From a virus (lineage: Duplodnaviria; Caudoviricetes): DNA of 61,600 bases. The position numbers were made by a program, and so were the translations under genes. Shown here piece after piece: positions 56,141 through 61,600 of the stretch (its first letter is position 1; each line of letters opens with the position of its first letter). The stretch spans positions 1-61,600 of IMG/VR virus record IMGVR_UViG_3300029787_000035; one strand, 5' to 3'. The notes under the pieces were generated by a model. It had not been told where the DNA came from and made no database searches. It saw only the letters and a list, made by a program, of their open reading frames with translations.

Positions 56141-57691
56141 ATGGAGCAAAAACTCTTAAAGATATTTGAGGGTAATTCTGAACTGTTCATCACTACTTCT
56201 CTTACAGGGGAAGTAGATGAACGGGGCAAGAAACAGGTTAAAGTACTCACGGTCCACGAACCTGTTACCCTTGAGTTATGGAAACAACATTTAAAAGGAG
56301 AAACACGGATTGGGATAAAACCTGAGAACGGTGACGTGTGCAAATGGGGATGTATTGATATTGATCCTCGTAACTATACTACATTTTCAGAAAAGAAAAT
56401 TGTAGATATTATAAGAAACAATCAACTACCATTAATAGCAGTAAGATCTAAATCTGGTGGCCTACATTTATTTTTATTCTTAAATGATTGGTACCCTGTA
56501 AAAGAAGTTCTTAAAGTTCTTAATGATTGGAATAAAACTTTCTTCTACTCTGAAGAAGTATTTCCAATGAATAAATGTTTGAACATGCCTTACTTCAATA
56601 TGGATCAAACTACTGAGTTTGCTTACAATGATAACAACACTCCAGTAATGATAAACAATTTTTTAGAAATGATAACTAAAAAGACTGTTACATTAGAGCA
56701 GTTAAAAAATATTAAAGTTAAAGAGTATGAGCCAGAGAGTGATTGGAAACATTATCCTCCTTGTGTTCAAAAAATGATTTCAGAAAAATGGGAAGGTAAT
56801 CACAGGAACGAATTGTTATTTAATGTTGGTGTACTTGAGATGAAGAAAGCCGATGGCAGCTTAAATGCAAGTGAGATACAAAACATTTTACAGAAAAGGA
56901 ACTATGAAATATTTACAACACCGTTAGATCCTAAAGAGGTAGAAACACTTGCAAAGTCTATATCTAAAAAAGATTATGCATATAAGTGTCCACCTAAAAC
57001 AAATGCAATTGCACCACTATGTAATAAAGATCTATGTAAGTTAAGAAAGCTTGGTATTGGTTCACAAGTCCCAGATATGATTGATGACTTTGAAGATGTA
57101 GAGTTTATAAGATCTACTAAATCAATTGAATATACATTTAAGTTCCAAGATGAAAAAATAATAATTAATCCAGAAGATATGAAGGATGAAAAATCTTTTA
57201 GAGTTAAGTTATTAAGATATGGGATTTATTGGATGACATTACCTAAGCCTAAGTCGGGACCATCACCATTTGAAATGCTCATGGCTACATTAGTTAGGAA
57301 AGCAGTTGAGAATGAAAAGATGAAATTTGAAGATACACTTGGTGAAGAGAAATATAATTTTCTTAAAAAATTTTTTGAGAGTCATATTGAAGAAGATGAC
57401 TTTGAAAAACTACAAGACAATTATGTTATACTGGATTCCAAAACAAACATTTGTTACTTTAAAAAAATTACTTTTGAAAAATTTTTAGGTAGTGATAAAA
57501 CATTTAAGAGTGCTAGTGAAGCATTAAATCTACTTAATTGTGATAGACATGATTACCATGAAGGTGTCAAGAATGTGTGGTCAGTTATAATGCCTAAGTT
57601 TGTTGATTACAAAGTAGCAGAGAAAAAAGAAACAAAGAAAACTGTAACGGAGATGGATGACGAATTCCACACAGGAAAGTTTAGAACTTAA
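56141..57691 (+). CDS. AEP-superfamily primase(-polymerase) with PriCT-like domain
   Basis: WGCIDID, RSKSGGLH, PPC...RN..LF. Confidence 0.75.
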   Translation: MEQKLLKIFEGNSELFITTSLTGEVDERGKKQVKVLTVHEPVTLELWKQHLKGETRIGIKPENGDVCKWGCIDIDPRNYTTFSEKKIVDIIRNNQLPLIAVRSKSGGLHLFLFLNDWYPVKEVLKVLNDWNKTFFYSEEVFPMNKCLNMPYFNMDQTTEFAYNDNNTPVMINNFLEMITKKTVTLEQLKNIKVKEYEPESDWKHYPPCVQKMISEKWEGNHRNELLFNVGVLEMKKADGSLNASEIQNILQKRNYEIFTTPLDPKEVETLAKSISKKDYAYKCPPKTNAIAPLCNKDLCKLRKLGIGSQVPDMIDDFEDVEFIRSTKSIEYTFKFQDEKIIINPEDMKDEKSFRVKLLRYGIYWMTLPKPKSGPSPFEMLMATLVRKAVENEKMKFEDTLGEEKYNFLKKFFESHIEEDDFEKLQDNYVILDSKTNICYFKKITFEKFLGSDKTFKSASEALNLLNCDRHDYHEGVKNVWSVIMPKFVDYKVAEKKETKKTVTEMDDEFHTGKFRT

Positions 57692-59300
57692 AATACTTAA
57701 AGATCTTTACCATAAGACAGTAAAGATCTTTGGTCCTCCAGGTACAGGTAAAACATATACACTGATTGAGAAGGTACTTAAAAGTTATTTAAGAAAAGGT
57801 ATTAGGCCAAATGACATTGCTTATCTATCCTTTACTAACAAAGCTGTTAACACTGCAGTCAGAAGAGCTATGGAGTCTTTTCCAAATTATTCTACAGAAG
57901 ATTTTTCAAGATTTAAAACATTACATACTTATTGTCGTAGATATTTTCCAGAAGAAGTATTTGATCCTAAAGATTGTACAATTGATTTTGCATTACAGAC
58001 CAAAGTAATTAAGACTTCAGATAAAAGATTAGCAGATGATAACTTCATGTATAAAGATTGGTCACTAGGAGTCTACAGTAAAGCTAGGAATTTATTAATT
58101 GATCCAGAAGAAGCATACAAGATGGAGAGTTATAAAAGAGATTCACTTACAGTATTTAAAAGAAAGATAGATACTTACGAACATTATAAAACAGGTGGAG
58201 GAGAAAGATCATTCATAGACTTTGATGATATGATTCAAAGAGCAATAACAGAAGTAACTTTCCCACCACTTAAAGTTTTAATCTTAGATGAAGCACAGGA
58301 CTGTACACCGTTACAATGGTCGGTGTTATATAAGATGGCACCTAAAGTAGATAGAATATATCTTGCAGGGGATGATGACCAAGCTATATATAAATGGAAT
58401 GGAGCTGATCCAAAATATTTTACTAAGTTCTTTCCAGGTCGGAAAGTAAAATTAAGAAAGACCGAAAGATTTGGTGAAGCCATACATCGATTCTCTCAAG
58501 TAATTAGAAGAGGAATAAGAGATAGTGAAGAGAAAGAGTATCAACCAGGAGACTCAAAAGGATCTGTTAAAAGTTATTTATCATTTAAAGAGATACCTTT
58601 CGAAACATTAAAAGAAGATTGGTATATCTTAGGTCGTATAAATGAAACTGTAAATGAACTTAGAATGTTAGCTAAGGATGCAGGTTTATATTACAAAGAC
58701 AATAGAGGTACTAAATGTTTTGATCAGAAACAATGGGAAGCTATTAAAGCTTGGACAACAATTAGTAATAATAAAAAGATAGATAAAAGAGCAGCACGAA
58801 ACATGGTTAAGTATATAAGGGAACTTGATGATCCTGCTTATAGATTAGATAAATTTTGGAGAAACGAACCAGACTTAAGAGAGTATGACTTTCAAACTTT
58901 AAAAGAATGGTGTGGTTTAGCATTAGAAGATAAACAAAAAAATAAACCATGGTATTGGATATTAAGAAGAAATTTTAAACCTAGACAAGTAAGACATTTT
59001 ATTAGATTGTTAAGAAGGTATGGACAAAAAGAATTAGATAAAGATCCTATAATAACAATTGATACAATTCATAGTGTTAAAGGTGGTGAAGCAAACCATG
59101 TTGTACTTTACAGTAAAGGTAATTATCCATCTGATTATGCAAATAAAAACAAACAAGAAAAAAGTGATGAGCGTAAAGTTTGGTACACCGGTGCAACAAG
59201 AGCAAGAAAAACTTTACATTTATTAAGAACAGACTATAAGTTTAATTACCCCATTGGGTCAGACTATTTAATTTATGTACAAGAAAAAAATAAAAAATAA
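57657..59300 (+). CDS. UvrD/Rep-family helicase
   Basis: GPPGTGKT, DEAQD, GDDDQAIY, TIHSVKGGE, YTGATRA. Confidence 0.92.
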   Translation: MTNSTQESLELKILKDLYHKTVKIFGPPGTGKTYTLIEKVLKSYLRKGIRPNDIAYLSFTNKAVNTAVRRAMESFPNYSTEDFSRFKTLHTYCRRYFPEEVFDPKDCTIDFALQTKVIKTSDKRLADDNFMYKDWSLGVYSKARNLLIDPEEAYKMESYKRDSLTVFKRKIDTYEHYKTGGGERSFIDFDDMIQRAITEVTFPPLKVLILDEAQDCTPLQWSVLYKMAPKVDRIYLAGDDDQAIYKWNGADPKYFTKFFPGRKVKLRKTERFGEAIHRFSQVIRRGIRDSEEKEYQPGDSKGSVKSYLSFKEIPFETLKEDWYILGRINETVNELRMLAKDAGLYYKDNRGTKCFDQKQWEAIKAWTTISNNKKIDKRAARNMVKYIRELDDPAYRLDKFWRNEPDLREYDFQTLKEWCGLALEDKQKNKPWYWILRRNFKPRQVRHFIRLLRRYGQKELDKDPIITIDTIHSVKGGEANHVVLYSKGNYPSDYANKNKQEKSDERKVWYTGATRARKTLHLLRTDYKFNYPIGSDYLIYVQEKNKK

Positions 59301-59314
59301 ATTGGAGAACCACA

Positions 59315-59935
59315 TTGGAAGAGCATAAGATAGAACCCTTATTTTCAATACCTTTATATAGTTCTAAATTAAAACGAGAGCTGACTAAACAAGAAAATGA
59401 TTTTATTTTTAACCACACTTCAAAGGTTGTTCAAAATAGAGGTGGTAATTATATGTCTTATGATAATAAAATTTTAAACAATGAAAATTTAAAAGAATTA
59501 AAGGAATTTTTTCTTACACATATCAATAACTATTTTGACAAAATCATACAAACTAATAATAAAATTACTCCATACATTACACAGTCTTGGTTAAATTATA
59601 ATAATAAAAATACAAATCACCATGTACATAGTCATCCTAATTCATTTATTTCTGGAGTCTTTTATATTTCAAGCGAGATAGATAAGGACTCTATAGAATT
59701 TCTTATAGATGATAATGCTATTACTTTTTCTGAAATTAAAAAATTTAATGTTTTTAATTCAACACATTGGACAATACCTGTAGAAAATGGTTTATTACTC
59801 TTGTTCCCTTCAAATTTAAAACATTGTGTAAAAAATCATGTATACGATTATATCAGAATAAGTTTATCTTTTAATGTTTTTGTAAAAGGAATAATAGGAT
59901 CAAATTTAAATCAACTTAATTTAGATGAGGGATAA
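59315..59935 (+). CDS. TIGR02466-type 2OG-Fe(II) oxygenase
   Basis: HSHPNS.ISGVFY...LFPSNLKH.V...RISLSFN. Confidence 0.88.
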   Translation: MEEHKIEPLFSIPLYSSKLKRELTKQENDFIFNHTSKVVQNRGGNYMSYDNKILNNENLKELKEFFLTHINNYFDKIIQTNNKITPYITQSWLNYNNKNTNHHVHSHPNSFISGVFYISSEIDKDSIEFLIDDNAITFSEIKKFNVFNSTHWTIPVENGLLLLFPSNLKHCVKNHVYDYIRISLSFNVFVKGIIGSNLNQLNLDEG

Positions 59936-60186
59936 TGATGACAAATAAAGGAATGTTTGATGAAGCTAAAGATGCAGATGAAAAACAGATTGGAGGATCC
60001 CACTATAAATCGTTTATCATTCAACCGTGGACTTTTATAAGAAAGAATGGTCTAAATCCCTTTCAAGCAAATGTAATTAAATATGTATGTAGATATTTAT
60101 TCAAAGGTAAAACAATTGAGGATATTGATAAAATTATTCATTACTGTGAATTAGAGAAGCAACATTTGAAAGAAGAGAAAAAATGA
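59935..60186 (+). CDS. DUF3310 / T7 gp1.7-like nucleotide kinase
   Basis: QIGGSHYK...QP...NVIKYVCRY..K...ED..K..HY. Confidence 0.75.
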   Translation: MMTNKGMFDEAKDADEKQIGGSHYKSFIIQPWTFIRKNGLNPFQANVIKYVCRYLFKGKTIEDIDKIIHYCELEKQHLKEEKK

Positions 60187-61600
60187 ACGGACTACAACTT
60201 ACATTAACTTTTAAAAAATCTATGTGGAATACACCAAGTGAATATAAAGATTTATCTGGTGCAAGTGAAATAGCTATTGATCTAGAGACAAGGGATGATG
60301 GTATTAATGAAAAACTTGGAGCTGGTTGGGCTTTAGGTAAGGGAGAGATTGTAGGATTTGCAGTAGCTGTTGATGGATGGCAGGGATACTTTCCGTTTGG
60401 TCATTTAGGTGGTGGTAATATGATACCTGAACAAGTTAAAGCATACATGAAAAAAGTTTGTAGCTTACCTTGTACTAAAGTATTTCATAATGCTCAGTAC
60501 GATGTAGGATGGCTTGAAGCATCAGGGATCACGGTCAACGGACAAATAGTAGATACAATGATAGCTGCAGCACTTATAGATGAAAACAGATTTCAATATA
60601 ATTTAAATAGTTTATCAGTTGATTATCTTGGAGAAATAAAAGCAGAAACAGAATTAAGAGAAGCTGCCGCAGCACATGGTATAGATCCTAAAGCAGAGAT
60701 GTGGAAGTTACCTGCAGAACATGTTGGATATTATGCAGAACAAGATGCAGTGCTTACTTTAAAGTTGTGGCAAAGATTTAAACAAGAAATAAGAACTCAG
60801 AGTTTAGAAACAATTTGGGATCTAGAACAACAATTAATTCCTGTCTTAATAAAAATGCGTCAACGAGGAGTGAGAGTCCAAGTGGAATTAGCTGAACAAT
60901 TAAAAAAACAAATGTTGATCCAAGAAAAAGAATTACTGGTGGCCATACAAAAAGAATCAGGAATAGAAGTAGACATTTGGGCATCACGCCAGATTGCCAA
61001 AGCTTTTGACAAAATGAAGTTAGATTATCCACGAACTGAAAAAACAAAAGAGCCTTCCTTTACACAAAATTGGTTAATAAATAACAAACATAAACTAGCA
61101 CAGTTGATTGTGCAAGCCAGAGAGGTAAATAAATTTCATAGTACCTTTCTTTCATCTATACTTCGATACCAGGTTAAAGGTAGAATCCATGGAGAGATAC
61201 AACAATTAAGATCAGATTCTGGAGGAACTGTATCGGGTAGACTATCTATGAGTAACCCAAACTTACAACAAGTACCAGCTAGAAATAAAGATCTTGGTCC
61301 TAAAATAAGATCGCTATTCATACCAGAAGAAGGCTATCAATGGGGTTCATTTGACTATTCACAACAAGAACCAAGGATGACTGTGCATTATGCAGCATCT
61401 ATTGGAGACAATGGTTATGCAGGATCTCAAGAATTAGTTGAAGCATACAAAGATAATAGTGCAGACTTTCATCAAACAGTTGCAGATCTTGTAGGTATTG
61501 AGAGAACTCAAGCTAAGACTATAGGCCTTGGTATAATGTATGGAATGGGTAAAAATAAATTAGCATTATCATTAGGAGTTACTAAAGATGAAGCAGATGA
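60183..61600 (+). CDS. polA: DNA polymerase family A, N-terminal part (3'-5' exonuclease and polymerase)
   Basis: AIDLET (ExoI), FHNAQYD, YAEQDA, GRLS..NPNLQQ, motif A FDYSQQEPR; absent from the ORF track because it runs off the end. Confidence 0.95.
   Translation, partial: MNGLQLTLTFKKSMWNTPSEYKDLSGASEIAIDLETRDDGINEKLGAGWALGKGEIVGFAVAVDGWQGYFPFGHLGGGNMIPEQVKAYMKKVCSLPCTKVFHNAQYDVGWLEASGITVNGQIVDTMIAAALIDENRFQYNLNSLSVDYLGEIKAETELREAAAAHGIDPKAEMWKLPAEHVGYYAEQDAVLTLKLWQRFKQEIRTQSLETIWDLEQQLIPVLIKMRQRGVRVQVELAEQLKKQMLIQEKELLVAIQKESGIEVDIWASRQIAKAFDKMKLDYPRTEKTKEPSFTQNWLINNKHKLAQLIVQAREVNKFHSTFLSSILRYQVKGRIHGEIQQLRSDSGGTVSGRLSMSNPNLQQVPARNKDLGPKIRSLFIPEEGYQWGSFDYSQQEPRMTVHYAASIGDNGYAGSQELVEAYKDNSADFHQTVADLVGIERTQAKTIGLGIMYGMGKNKLALSLGVTKDEAD
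61501..61600. repeat. Terminal overlap of circular assembly (copy of 1-100)
   Basis: 99/100 identical to 1-100. Confidence 0.97.

Noticed and set aside
1-61600. tRNA, integrase, RNA polymerase, reverse transcriptase/DGR
   Set aside because: No matching motifs or template/variable repeat pair noticed by eye; tRNAscan and HMM searches would be needed to exclude them

Overview
The window is a complete, circularly assembled ~61.5-kb AT-rich dsDNA tailed phage genome: 1-100 repeats 61501-61600 and PolA runs across the join. Gene content suggests a marine podovirus-like phage of a streamlined alphaproteobacterial (SAR11-like) host; the host is an inference. Modules: replication (exonuclease, SNF2 helicase, SSB-like, primase, UvrD, PolA; 52.6 kb to 0.6 kb), DNA modification (2.6-4.9 kb), a regulatory/early region between TerS and TerL (6-12.6 kb), and head, tail and ejection genes (12.7-52.4 kb) interspersed with 7 2OG-Fe(II) oxygenases, 2 carbamoyltransferases and 4 glycosyltransferase-like genes. 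No RNA polymerase, integrase, tRNA or CRISPR was recognised. Best leads: (1) a C5-cytosine methyltransferase split over two overlapping reading frames, the second frame carrying motif IX plus six tandem 'xPTP' TRD-like cassettes; (2) promoter-driven small hairpin RNAs whose loops are antisense to the phage's own translation-initiation regions; (3) an operator at four promoters with a candidate RHH repressor; (4) polarised tandem heptamers; (5) a putative multi-pseudoknot 5'UTR after the capsid gene. All product calls are from motif recognition, not database searches.
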